From Synechococcus sp. (GTDB taxonomy: Bacteria; Cyanobacteriota; Cyanobacteriia; Thermostichales; PCC-7336), in assembly GCA_051439605.1 (NCBI GenBank), contig JBFRWN010000043.1:1-63890 (forward strand): a stretch of 63,890 nucleotides of DNA, written 5' to 3'. The notes under the pieces were generated by a model. That model was not told the DNA's origin and did no database searches. It was given only the letters and a program-made list of their open reading frames with translations. The position numbers and the translations under genes are program-made. Below, piece by piece: positions 41,150 through 50,924 of this stretch; positions within the stretch are counted from its first letter, which is position 1; every line of letters begins with the position of its first letter.

Positions 41150-42283
41150 ATGAAAATTCCCTTCAATCAACCTCATGCCACTAGCGCTGAATTGAAATAT
41201 ATCCAGCAAGCAATTCATAATGGATGTCTGTCTGGTAATGGTGAGTTTTCAAAGCGTTGTCAAGCTCGACTGGAAGCAGAGATTGTTTGTAACAAAGCAT
41301 TACTAACTCATTCCTGCACTGCTGCTCTTGAAATGGCTGCTATTTTGTCTGATATTCAGCCAGGGGATGAAGTGATTATGCCTTCTTATACCTTTGTCTC
41401 CACAGCAAATGCTTTTGTGTTGCGAGGTGGTGTGCCTGTGTTTGTGGATATCCGCCCTGATACTCTTAATATTGACGAAATGAAGATTGAAGCAGCCATT
41501 ACTCCTAAGACCAAAGCCATTGTACCGGTTCACTACGCGGGTGTGGGCTGCGAGATGAACATTATTCTTGATATTGCTCGTCGGAACAAACTTCTGGTGA
41601 TTGAGGATGCAGCCCAAGGATTTTTGTCCACCTATCGACAGCGAGGATTGGGAAGTATGGGTCATCTTGCCGCTTTGAGCTTTCACGAGACTAAAAACGT
41701 CATTTCGGGAGAGGGCGGTGCTTTACTGATTAACGATCCATCTTTCATTCAGAGAGCTGAGATTATTTGGGAGAAAGGGACGAACCGCAGCCAGTTTTTC
41801 CGGGGCTTGGTGGACAAGTATAGCTGGGTGGATGTTGGTTCTTCTTACCTTCCCAGCGAGATAATTGCGGCGTTTTTGTGGGCGCAACTGGAGGATGCAG
41901 AATCGATTACACTAAGCCGGTTGGAAATCTGGAGGCAGTACCATGATGCTTTCGAGGATTTGGAAAATCGAGGATTATTAAGGCGTCCTGTAGTTCCACC
42001 TGAATGTGAACATAATGCGCATATGTACTACATTCTTTTGGCCAATCTGGATATGAGAACTGCTTTGATTGACTTTTTGAAAGTATTGGGTATTAATTCA
42101 GTGTTCCACTATGTGCCCTTGCATTCATCTCCAGCGGGGCAGAGGTTTGCTCGTAGCAGCGGAGAGCTTCAGCATACTGACGAACTGTCAAATCGCATAT
42201 TACGACTACCACTGTTTCCAGGTCTTACCCCCGATCGAGCGGAGAAAGTCATTGATGCGGTTCATAAGTTTTTGACTTCGTGA
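41150..42283 (+). CDS. rffA: dTDP-4-amino-4,6-dideoxygalactose transaminase (WecE/RffA)
   Basis: SCTAALEMAA, EDAAQG, SFHETKN, EKGTNRS.FFRG.VDKY. Confidence 0.92.
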   Translation: MKIPFNQPHATSAELKYIQQAIHNGCLSGNGEFSKRCQARLEAEIVCNKALLTHSCTAALEMAAILSDIQPGDEVIMPSYTFVSTANAFVLRGGVPVFVDIRPDTLNIDEMKIEAAITPKTKAIVPVHYAGVGCEMNIILDIARRNKLLVIEDAAQGFLSTYRQRGLGSMGHLAALSFHETKNVISGEGGALLINDPSFIQRAEIIWEKGTNRSQFFRGLVDKYSWVDVGSSYLPSEIIAAFLWAQLEDAESITLSRLEIWRQYHDAFEDLENRGLLRRPVVPPECEHNAHMYYILLANLDMRTALIDFLKVLGINSVFHYVPLHSSPAGQRFARSSGELQHTDELSNRILRLPLFPGLTPDRAEKVIDAVHKFLTS

Positions 42284-42644
42284 GCAATTGTCCATGCCAG
42301 TTTTTCTCTCACCTTGGTTGTAAGTGGAGCTTCCTCAACTATTCGAGTAAAGTATCTGAGGCTTAGAGTTAGAGGACGTATTGACCTTTGTTTGGCGAAT
42401 GAAGAAGCCCTTTAATATTCAATTTAGCGCACATAGCTAGATCTTCACTTGAGGAGTGGTCAAACCTAGGAATGTGGTCGCTATCTTTGGACAATTTCTA
42501 TTTCAAGTCTTTTTCTGTAGCCTTATTGTGGGATTTGAATACATGCATAACCAGCTTCACACCATCATCTTAACCTATGGATTGATGAAATCGTTTTTAC
42601 AATCCCTGATATATTAGAGTAAGCTAAGAGAGGAGAAAACTTTT

Positions 42645-43910
42645 GTGAAAAATAAATATATTTTAAACAATTTGTCTTCTCTGAAAATATTAACAAATAT
42701 CATTATCTGTGTTTTCAGTATTTCGGTTTCATTTGTAATTCAATACTCTCTTAAGATAAATTGTATTGCTACAGACTACCCATTTCATATCGACTTGGCT
42801 AAAAAAATGTTTATGGATGGAGATATTGAAATTATATCGCCTCATATATTTTATCAGATTCTCATTACAGTAACGCATACACTGTTTCCATTCGTATCTG
42901 CAGAACTTGCTGGATTCTACATTCTTCCCGCCTTATTCTATACTCTTTTATGTCTTTCCATTAATTTTTTCCTTGATCAATTTGCTAAGCCACTTAAATC
43001 TTTTATAGATATTGGGAAACGATTGTTTTTTGTGTTCTCTTTGTCAGTTTTCTCACCAATTACTCTAACAACCTTTCCGGATGTTTATTTTGGTTATATT
43101 TATGCAAATGTATATCACAATCCTACTATTAATTTGATTAAACCATTTTCAATTATTTTGTTTTTTTTATCAGCATTCATCTTAAATTCACGTAGGCCCA
43201 CTACAAGCGATCTTTGGCTGGGAAATAGATCTCTAAGCCTCTTGATTCTTGGTTTGACAATTGTATCATTAATTTCTAAGCCTAGTTACATGATTTGCTT
43301 TTTGCCTGCGACAGCTGTTGTTCTTTTATATCGTGCATTTCAGGTCAGGGGATTTGCTCAAAAAATATGGCTCGTAAAACCTTGGATATTCTGGCTATTC
43401 CTGCCATCCTTGATAATCTTGATAGGTCAATATTCAATAACCTATGGAGTTCAATCAAGTCATAATTCAGGAATTGTATTTTCACCTTTTTCACTTGTTG
43501 GTCATTATTTAGGGTTTCAATATTTACTAATTATAAGACAATTTATTCTATCCATCTTATTTCCAATTGTAATTTACTTTGTCTACTTCAATAAGGCTGT
43601 TCAGTGTTTTCGATTGAATTATGCTTGGCTTGTTTTTTCTATATCTGCCTTTTATTATTACTTTTTGGCTGAATCTGGAGAACGTTTTCCTCACGGAAAT
43701 TTTGCTTGGGGGGCTCAGATCGGAGTGCTTATTTTATTTATAGAGTCTGCTGTCTTATTGATTCGATCTCAGCCTTTGACAAGATTTTCTTTTCAATCCA
43801 TTGAATCTGAGGTTCGGAAATATTACATCTGTCTCTCAGTGTATTTGCTGCATGTTTTATGTGGTCTCATGTTTCTTTTTATTTTCCGTGCGCCATCGAC
43901 TTTATCCTAA
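42645..43910 (+). CDS. Polytopic membrane protein, putative GT-C glycosyltransferase
   Basis: About 11 TM segments; conserved-looking D...H, YHNPT, SKPS and HGNFAW loops; AT-rich. Confidence 0.6.
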   Translation: MKNKYILNNLSSLKILTNIIICVFSISVSFVIQYSLKINCIATDYPFHIDLAKKMFMDGDIEIISPHIFYQILITVTHTLFPFVSAELAGFYILPALFYTLLCLSINFFLDQFAKPLKSFIDIGKRLFFVFSLSVFSPITLTTFPDVYFGYIYANVYHNPTINLIKPFSIILFFLSAFILNSRRPTTSDLWLGNRSLSLLILGLTIVSLISKPSYMICFLPATAVVLLYRAFQVRGFAQKIWLVKPWIFWLFLPSLIILIGQYSITYGVQSSHNSGIVFSPFSLVGHYLGFQYLLIIRQFILSILFPIVIYFVYFNKAVQCFRLNYAWLVFSISAFYYYFLAESGERFPHGNFAWGAQIGVLILFIESAVLLIRSQPLTRFSFQSIESEVRKYYICLSVYLLHVLCGLMFLFIFRAPSTLS

Positions 43911-43951
43911 AATGATATTTACTTCGAAGAGAATTTATGTTATCTGAATAC

Positions 43952-44111
43952 GGCTCTATAGGGCTTACAGTGAGGTGAGCTAGAAGTCGAGCTCTGCTAG
44001 CCTAACGAGCAGTTGTAGCGAACATTCCTCGATGCTGAATCTCGTCAACTTGCTGGATGATGCTAAATGTTTTGAAACAGTGCGTCAGCTTCGTTGGCCT
44101 GAGGGTGTGAG
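43952..44111 (+). pseudogene. IS1595-family transposase 5' remnant
   Basis: ATG at 44032 gives MLNLVNLLDDAKCFETVRQLRWPEGV, cut off by the next IS just before the expected Zn-ribbon CPxC. Confidence 0.65.
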
Positions 44112-45120
44112 ACGCGGCTTATGTGAGTTGTCTTCCCAGCAGGGAACAAGAGAATAAGGATAACCGACCAACTGCAAAGGTTGCCCAATGACCATGGTAG
44201 ATAGCGAGACGCTACTGACGCTCGTGTTTGTGCTGGTGGATGATTGGTTTGAAGAGCAAGGGCATCGATTAGTGCCAGCAATGCCAGGCCCAGCTCCCAG
44301 CTTCAGCGATAGCGAGGTATTGACCTTGCTGGTAGCGATGGACTACTTCCCTTATCCAGGCGAGCAGCAATTTCTGGGGTACATTCGTGCCAATCACTTG
44401 AGCCTATTTCCGAAGCTCCTCGACCAAAGCCAGTTCAATCGTCGTGCCCGTCGTTTGGGGGGACTGCTCGAACAGATGCGACGCTTTTGGGTCTGGCTGA
44501 TGGGATATCACTTTGAGCAAACGTTGGTCATGGATACCAAACCGATTCCGGTAGTGGGATACAGGCGCAGTAAGCGTCAGAGTGATTTTGCTGGTAGTGC
44601 CAGTTATGGTTATTGTGCCAGTCGCAAGATGAAGTACTTTGGCTACAAATTGGTGGCCATCTGTACTCTTTCGGGCATGCCTTTGGTTTACGAATTGGTT
44701 CCTGCCCATACGGATGAGCGAGAAGCCGCTGAAGCGGTTCTGTATGACGTCAGCGGACGAACCATCCTGGCAGATAAAGGATTTATTGGTGAGGACTGGC
44801 AATCAGAGGTCAGTCGCGCCACAGACAATCGAGTCTTCACGACCAAACGCGAGAACCAGCACCTGCAGAATCCGAGACAGTTCGACCGGTTGTTGAATCA
44901 CTTTCGCCAGCGGATTGAGGGAGTCTTCAATGAAGTCCAAAATACCGGTCGTAATTTGGAGCGTTTGCTCAGAAAAACGACCTCGGGACTGTTTACCCAT
45001 GTGGCGGCTAACATGGCTAGCCACACTCTGAAGTTCCTGCTTCGCCACCGCTTTGGCATTGATGTGCTCACATTCGAGCAAGTGACTGCCATTGCTTATT
45101 AGAATTCACATAAGGTGCAA
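44112..45120 (+). mobile_element. IS982-family insertion sequence
   Basis: Imperfect terminal inverted repeats GCGGCTTATGTGAGTT (44114-44129) and AATTCACATAAGGTGC (45103-45118); single transposase. Confidence 0.8.
44188..45102 (+). CDS. IS982-family DDE transposase
   Basis: SDSEVLTL, SQFNRR, DTKPIPV, YFGYKL, ADKGF, RQRIEGVF. Confidence 0.9.
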   Translation: MTMVDSETLLTLVFVLVDDWFEEQGHRLVPAMPGPAPSFSDSEVLTLLVAMDYFPYPGEQQFLGYIRANHLSLFPKLLDQSQFNRRARRLGGLLEQMRRFWVWLMGYHFEQTLVMDTKPIPVVGYRRSKRQSDFAGSASYGYCASRKMKYFGYKLVAICTLSGMPLVYELVPAHTDEREAAEAVLYDVSGRTILADKGFIGEDWQSEVSRATDNRVFTTKRENQHLQNPRQFDRLLNHFRQRIEGVFNEVQNTGRNLERLLRKTTSGLFTHVAANMASHTLKFLLRHRFGIDVLTFEQVTAIAY

Positions 45121-45143
45121 TAGCTATTCAATAATCTCAGAGC

Positions 45144-47339
45144 ATGAATCACTACTTAGCCGTACATTGGAAGTCGGCCAGCAAGGCCCACAGTGTCCTT
45201 GAACTAAATGAAAACAAGCTAAAAGACTATTGCCCTGCGGGGGTGGCAAGGGTAGACAAGTGGCATTCAGCTTCAGGTCAGACGTGCATCTATCACCTTA
45301 CCCAAAATCAGCGTGAAGATTTACTGAGCAAGTTCTGGTGGCACGACGAGGGTGCTGCTATAGCAATAACCGGCTTTCCGTGGCCTAAGAGCAGCGACTC
45401 AAAGGCTTTGGAAGCAAAAGAGTTTTTCACACGGCGATGCAACCAGGCAGCGTCATCCCTTTTTGGGGGTGAGTATTCTATGGTTCGCGGTATAGAGGAC
45501 TCCCTCCAGGTTGAATCTACACTTGGAGGTACTCACCCCATCTATATGGCGGAAACAGACAGTTTTGTAGCCATTACGAACAGACAGTCTCTATTACTGG
45601 CAATTCCAGGAATCTCCACAGAAATCGATCCAAGCGCAATGCGCTGGCTTTGCTACCAGGGATATATCCAGGGTGGACTAAGTCCTTTCCAACGCATATC
45701 AATGATTCAGCCCGGTTCAAGAATCATAGTTCGTTCAGGTAGGGCTTCATGCGAATCGCCAACTTGGCAGGATTACTATGCTCCCGAGCTTGCTCAGCAA
45801 GCTCGCATAGAGCCCATTGCTGCGTTTAAACCGTTAGTCGAGGAGCTTTCTGGATATCTTGCGGCATGTCAGAAGCACTGGGGGCTGGGTTGGGACCTTC
45901 CGCTGAGTGGCGGAAAAGACAGCAGAGTAGTGCTGGGTCTGCTGGATGCTGGCGGCCAAGTCCCCAACATTGAGCAAAGTTTCACATCTGGCCCCCTCTA
46001 TAGCCCCGATGTAATCTCAGCACAAAGATTAAGTGCATTTACGGGTCTTTATGATCGACATAAACTCCGCCGCCCTCCTTTGGTACCGCCGCAAACTACG
46101 CTTATCGGCCGGGTAACTACAGCCCTACGACTTACTGAGGGGCGACTATCCGCGTTCGATTTGGTTGGGCTGCCGCAAGCTATTCCGCGAATACATGTAA
46201 CTGGCCATCAAAATGGGTTGCGTGATAGCTATTTTCGAAACTGTTCGACAAGTAGCTTTCAGCATTTTGCATGTGATGTTTTGAAAGCACACTTTCATGA
46301 TCCTCTTGAATTACTAAGTCACAACCCAGGCACTGACTTTAAGCAGCAATACATCAAGATATTCGAGAAATATCTAGACGAAGGTGCTCCTCTAGACGTG
46401 CTTTCTGACCTATATATGGTTCGTGAGCGTAACGCGCACTGGGTAGGAATAATGTCAAATCAAGCGGGATTGGGTGGCCCGACAGCCAACCCACTCGTAA
46501 CTGATTCCGTTATACGAAGCGGTTTGTCATTGACACCTGAGCAGAGAAATCAGGAACTACTGCATTACGCGCTCTTGCGACTAAGCGCGCCACAATTGAC
46601 TGGTATCCCTTTTGCTGATGACCAATGGACTCACGAGCTACGTGAGTCCATGCGACCCATTGATAATGTTCCAGATGTCGCCCCATTTCGCTCACGGGCG
46701 GAATTTCCAAACGTCAGCAACCCATACTTACCCAACCACAAAGTTGATCTTTACAATGCTGTTCGGCCGCTGATCTTACGAGACATCCTGCACAACAAGG
46801 ATTACTACGGTGAATTTCTTGATCTGGATAGAGCCGAGAAAGTTTTCCGCTCATCGAAAGCCCCGAATATGAATGAGTTAATCTGTGGGCTCGGTGTTTT
46901 TACATCGGTATTGCTAAGACGATATGGTGCGTCGTTATTCACAGCAGAGGGGTGCAAGTCTGCAACCGACGAACTGACTGAAGAAGCAGCTTATTCGCCA
47001 AGCAAGGCGGGCGACTCAAGTCACGCAGCACTTGAGCGGCATCGCGAGAGCCTTGTACGGCTAGAGGATCGTCTAGAGAGTGATTTCGGCGCCCGACTAG
47101 CAGTACAAAGGGCTTTTAAATTGGCTGAAATTGGAAGCGATGTAGCCCTAGAGAGCATGATCGCGGATTGTGTTGTCGAGCGACAACGTTTTGAGGGTAG
47201 TGAGTCGGTATTTGACTCACGCGCTAAACTATCGATTCGTGAGTTGTTAGTCAGAGCAAGAAGCAAAGGCTTTGTTCGCACTTGCACGTCTTCAATAAGG
47301 CACGTCGCAAAGGCATTGTTTTTTTGCCTCAAACGATAG
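45144..47339 (+). CDS. Asparagine-synthetase-like protein (adenine nucleotide alpha-hydrolase), likely a glycan amidotransferase
   Basis: LPLSGGKDSR PP-loop; degenerate Ntn-like N-terminal domain. Confidence 0.7.
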   Translation: MNHYLAVHWKSASKAHSVLELNENKLKDYCPAGVARVDKWHSASGQTCIYHLTQNQREDLLSKFWWHDEGAAIAITGFPWPKSSDSKALEAKEFFTRRCNQAASSLFGGEYSMVRGIEDSLQVESTLGGTHPIYMAETDSFVAITNRQSLLLAIPGISTEIDPSAMRWLCYQGYIQGGLSPFQRISMIQPGSRIIVRSGRASCESPTWQDYYAPELAQQARIEPIAAFKPLVEELSGYLAACQKHWGLGWDLPLSGGKDSRVVLGLLDAGGQVPNIEQSFTSGPLYSPDVISAQRLSAFTGLYDRHKLRRPPLVPPQTTLIGRVTTALRLTEGRLSAFDLVGLPQAIPRIHVTGHQNGLRDSYFRNCSTSSFQHFACDVLKAHFHDPLELLSHNPGTDFKQQYIKIFEKYLDEGAPLDVLSDLYMVRERNAHWVGIMSNQAGLGGPTANPLVTDSVIRSGLSLTPEQRNQELLHYALLRLSAPQLTGIPFADDQWTHELRESMRPIDNVPDVAPFRSRAEFPNVSNPYLPNHKVDLYNAVRPLILRDILHNKDYYGEFLDLDRAEKVFRSSKAPNMNELICGLGVFTSVLLRRYGASLFTAEGCKSATDELTEEAAYSPSKAGDSSHAALERHRESLVRLEDRLESDFGARLAVQRAFKLAEIGSDVALESMIADCVVERQRFEGSESVFDSRAKLSIRELLVRARSKGFVRTCTSSIRHVAKALFFCLKR

Positions 47340-47919
47340 TGCCTTTGCATGCTAGTTTATCTCAGCGACTGTAAAGTGTTCATCACTTGTTGTGTGAAAT
47401 ATGGGAATAGTCCGCCTTTGCGCCCGTTGTCTGAGAATCGGGGCTATGACCGCTCCTGGCACGTTTCTGCCGTCCTCTGCAATGACCGCTTTGGTCTGCT
47501 TCAGGCACCAAGCCCCCGTCAATTGTCGATCCGTCGGTCCGTGCAGCGGGCCGTCGGTCGGCGGTTGACGGCACTCCAGCAAAACCCTGATTTAGGGGGT
47601 GCTGCTCCGGCAGCACACCTGCCCGCCCGGCGAGGGCAACCTCTTGCGTTTTGTGCGGAACTCACCGGGCAACGGCGTTTCTGGGATTCCGGTTCAGGCT
47701 TGGACAAACCGGATAAACTTGGCTTTCTCCTGTCTACATGGCGCCTACAGAGAATTCACTGAACTATCAGTGTGTTTCTATACTCTTGTTTTAAAAGCCA
47801 TTTCAATCTTCACGGCTGACATGACAGCTAGCGTGTTGTTAGGCGACAACCCATCCCAACTCATGCGTGCCCCATTCTCAGAGTCCATTGATAGGCCATC
47901 TGCCGCGATCGCCGATATT

Positions 47920-48687
47920 TCATTCATCGGTTCTTAATGAAAACGGCTTGACGTTGTCTTTAACATTCTTGATGTACCAACGTCTTCCAAGAAAGCCGTG
48001 GTAGTACCACGAAAACGCCACTAACAACGTACGCTGACGCAGCCAGTAGCGATTTGGAACATCCACTTTCGGACTAACCGCTCCGGGGCTAATTTCCGCA
48101 ATAACAAACCCTTCACCCTCTTCTTTATATCTGCGAGCAAGTATGACCCCCTCAGCGTCAACGATCGCTGCATTGCCTTCGAGAACGCCCTCGTAGGTAT
48201 TGATCGGATATGGGAAACCAGGCGTCTTGCAGGTGAATTGATTGCAATGTGAGCCGTGTACAACGGGCGCACCAATCAGCCGAGCCGTTTCCTGAACGCT
48301 CCTCATGAGGTTGTCAGAGCTATAGTCCCGGGCAACGCCGACCAGCCACCGCGGCCAGTTTAATGGGACGCTCCACCAGTGCGACCCACCCATGATGACG
48401 TCCACTTTCCCCCTCAAACGTCGAGCCGCCTGTGTTCGTATGAACTCCCAGCAAACGGCGGACCCTACCCGAATACCGTCGATCTCGCCCAGCTCTCCTG
48501 TATCGGCTTCATCCGCCCCCTCATAAAATGCGTTCTCCCACATCGTGGGGAGATCCTTATCGTGCTGCCCTACCAAACGGCCATTGTCAAAGCACAGATA
48601 CCGATTTCTTACCCCGCCATCAGGAACCCGGAACATAAAGGACATAACAGGACCTGTAAAGCCCCAATTTCTCGGACTAACTAACAA
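47920..48687 (-). pseudogene. N-terminally truncated carbon-nitrogen hydrolase (nitrilase superfamily)
   Basis: HDKDLPTMWE (catalytic Lys) and AVCWE (catalytic Cys) present; the N-terminal segment with the catalytic Glu (xxPE) is absent. Confidence 0.7.
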
Positions 48688-48775
48688 ATTTTCTATACGG
48701 TAGACCTATTAACCTGGCTTCAACGTTTGCCGTTGTGTCTGGTCCTAGCCACCGACCTATCAGAGCAAGTTATTG

Positions 48776-50380
48776 ATGCGATTTCTTAGTTTATTTCTTA
48801 GTAAGCGATCGCCCAGTGCGGTGAAACTCCCTCCATGGTTAACAATGAGTGTACTTGCAACAGCCTTAGTCTGCCTATCGTTTGCTATTCAAGGGCGTAT
48901 CGGTCTCAACCTTTCTGACGAGGGGTTTCTCTGGTACGGTACCTGGCGCACGGCCATGGGTGAAGTGCCTCTGAGGGATTTTCAGTCCTACGATCCGGGG
49001 CGGTATCTATGGGGTGCTTTCTGGTTTCATGTCTTTGCTAATGACGGCATCATAGCTTTGCGGGTGTCCAATTCCTTGTTCCAAATTATTGGGTTAACTT
49101 GTGGATTGCTGGTACTAAGGCGGTTGACGCGATCACCCTGGATATTGACAGGCGGGGGAGCCTTGCTTCTGTTGTGGATGCTTCCTCGGCACAAATTGTT
49201 TGAATCAAGCATCGCCTTGGCAGCTGTATACGTAGCTGTGTTGTTGCTGGAGAATCCGTCCCTACAACAGCATTTTTTCTCGGGTCTGTTTGTCGGACTC
49301 GCAGCGTTTTTTGGCCGACAACATGGTTTTTATACTTTTGTCTCTTTCTTATTGCTGATTGGTTTTATTTGGCTGAAGTTTGATCGTCAGAACTTACGCC
49401 AGAGGAGATTGTTTTGGGGTCGCTGGTTGTTCTGGGTGGGAGGAATCATTGCTGGCTATAGCCCCATGTTGATCGTGCTGGTGATAATTCCAGGTTTATG
49501 GAATAGCTTTTGGCAAAGTTTGATGTTTCTCGTCCGCATTCGGAACACCAATATAACCTTGCCCGTACCTACTCCCTGGTCTGTCCCCGTCGGCAGCTTA
49601 GACTGGATAACTGCCAGCCACCAGATAGCAGTTGGACTGGGGTTCATGGTACTGCCTTTATTTACTATTACGATGTTGGTATATTTACTTTGGCAAAAGC
49701 CCGATCGGCTGCGGAACCAGTTTGTTCTGGTTGCAGCAACATTTTTGAGCCTGACCTATACCCATTACGCATTTTCTCGCGCCGACATACCACATCTGGC
49801 CCAAGGTATAGATCCGATGCTGCTTGGGATCGCAGCTTTGATTGTGTACAGTCGGACTAAGGGAAGAAAAGTCTTTAGCAATTTACTTGCAGTGGTCTTG
49901 ATAGGATTGTCGCTGCTTGGTGTTGGACTTGTTAGCCCAGGGATCGCAAAACTGCGTGCATCCGATGGATTGTATGTGGAACGAACCATTCGAGGTGATC
50001 GCCTGCAGATACGAAAGTCAAGAGCTCAGTTTATTGATACGATTCAGCAATTTCATGACCGCAATGTTTCGGCTGATGAGGAAATATTTCTGGCTCCATC
50101 AATTCCGGCGCTTTATCCGATCTTAGGGCGACGATCGCCTATTTGGGATATTTATCTACTTTTTCCAGAGACTCACAATCGTCAACAGCAAATAATTGAG
50201 CAACTGCATCAACAAAACGTCAATTGGTGCATTCTCGGGGATATCGCGTTGGATGGACGAGAAGAACTCCGCTTTAAGAACACCCATCCCCTAGTCTGGA
50301 AGGAGTTTTCCGAACATTTTGAATTAATTCAACCCACTAATCTGCCTGGAAACTATCAAATTTTCCGCCGAAACCTTTAG
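48776..50380 (+). CDS. Polytopic membrane protein, putative GT-C glycosyltransferase
   Basis: First-loop DEG motif, GEVP.RDF..Y.PG, SRAD..H, soluble C-terminal domain. Confidence 0.7.
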   Translation: MRFLSLFLSKRSPSAVKLPPWLTMSVLATALVCLSFAIQGRIGLNLSDEGFLWYGTWRTAMGEVPLRDFQSYDPGRYLWGAFWFHVFANDGIIALRVSNSLFQIIGLTCGLLVLRRLTRSPWILTGGGALLLLWMLPRHKLFESSIALAAVYVAVLLLENPSLQQHFFSGLFVGLAAFFGRQHGFYTFVSFLLLIGFIWLKFDRQNLRQRRLFWGRWLFWVGGIIAGYSPMLIVLVIIPGLWNSFWQSLMFLVRIRNTNITLPVPTPWSVPVGSLDWITASHQIAVGLGFMVLPLFTITMLVYLLWQKPDRLRNQFVLVAATFLSLTYTHYAFSRADIPHLAQGIDPMLLGIAALIVYSRTKGRKVFSNLLAVVLIGLSLLGVGLVSPGIAKLRASDGLYVERTIRGDRLQIRKSRAQFIDTIQQFHDRNVSADEEIFLAPSIPALYPILGRRSPIWDIYLLFPETHNRQQQIIEQLHQQNVNWCILGDIALDGREELRFKNTHPLVWKEFSEHFELIQPTNLPGNYQIFRRNL

Positions 50381-50924
50381 TGTCTCATGAGCATGCAAAA
50401 GCGAGCCTACCTCTTTGCTTTTTGCTATGAATACTGACTCAAGCTATATTTTTAAATTCTATTTTATTGCGTGGCCAGTTCATTTACCAATTTACTAAAT
50501 ATAAACAGGTTATATTTAATTATATTATAGAGAGTTCTGACAAGTGTAATCCAAAATTTAGCGATCAGAGTTCTGTCCATACACCAGAGATACAGAAAAA
50601 TTTGGACAATAGTCATTGCGGCTATATTTCTATCTGGAATCCACCTGAGCAGCTCGGGTAACTTATCTATCAGGGGTGTGGTTCTTGTCGCTCATTTCCT
50701 CTGATAAATCTTCTAAAGCTGATTACTTAGAATTCCTTCCGAATCCATACAGCAATAACAGAAATCACCATAAGTTTAACGGGAGTTTTCCTTTCTCGAT
50801 CGTACTTTAGAAATATAGCTAAACCTTATAAGATTCTGTATGTTATGAAAAAAGATAAAACTTGCATAGGTAGCTCAGTATAGTCCTCATAATTCACTCG
50901 TAGCTTCCTCCTACTTGAAAGAAC

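Noticed and set aside
47829..47844. Integron attC-like half-site (minus strand GCCTAACAACACGCT after the nitrilase; a similar GCCTAAC at 44000)
   Set aside because: No complementary GTTRRRY end at a suitable distance and no integrase; a 7-mer match is expected by chance.
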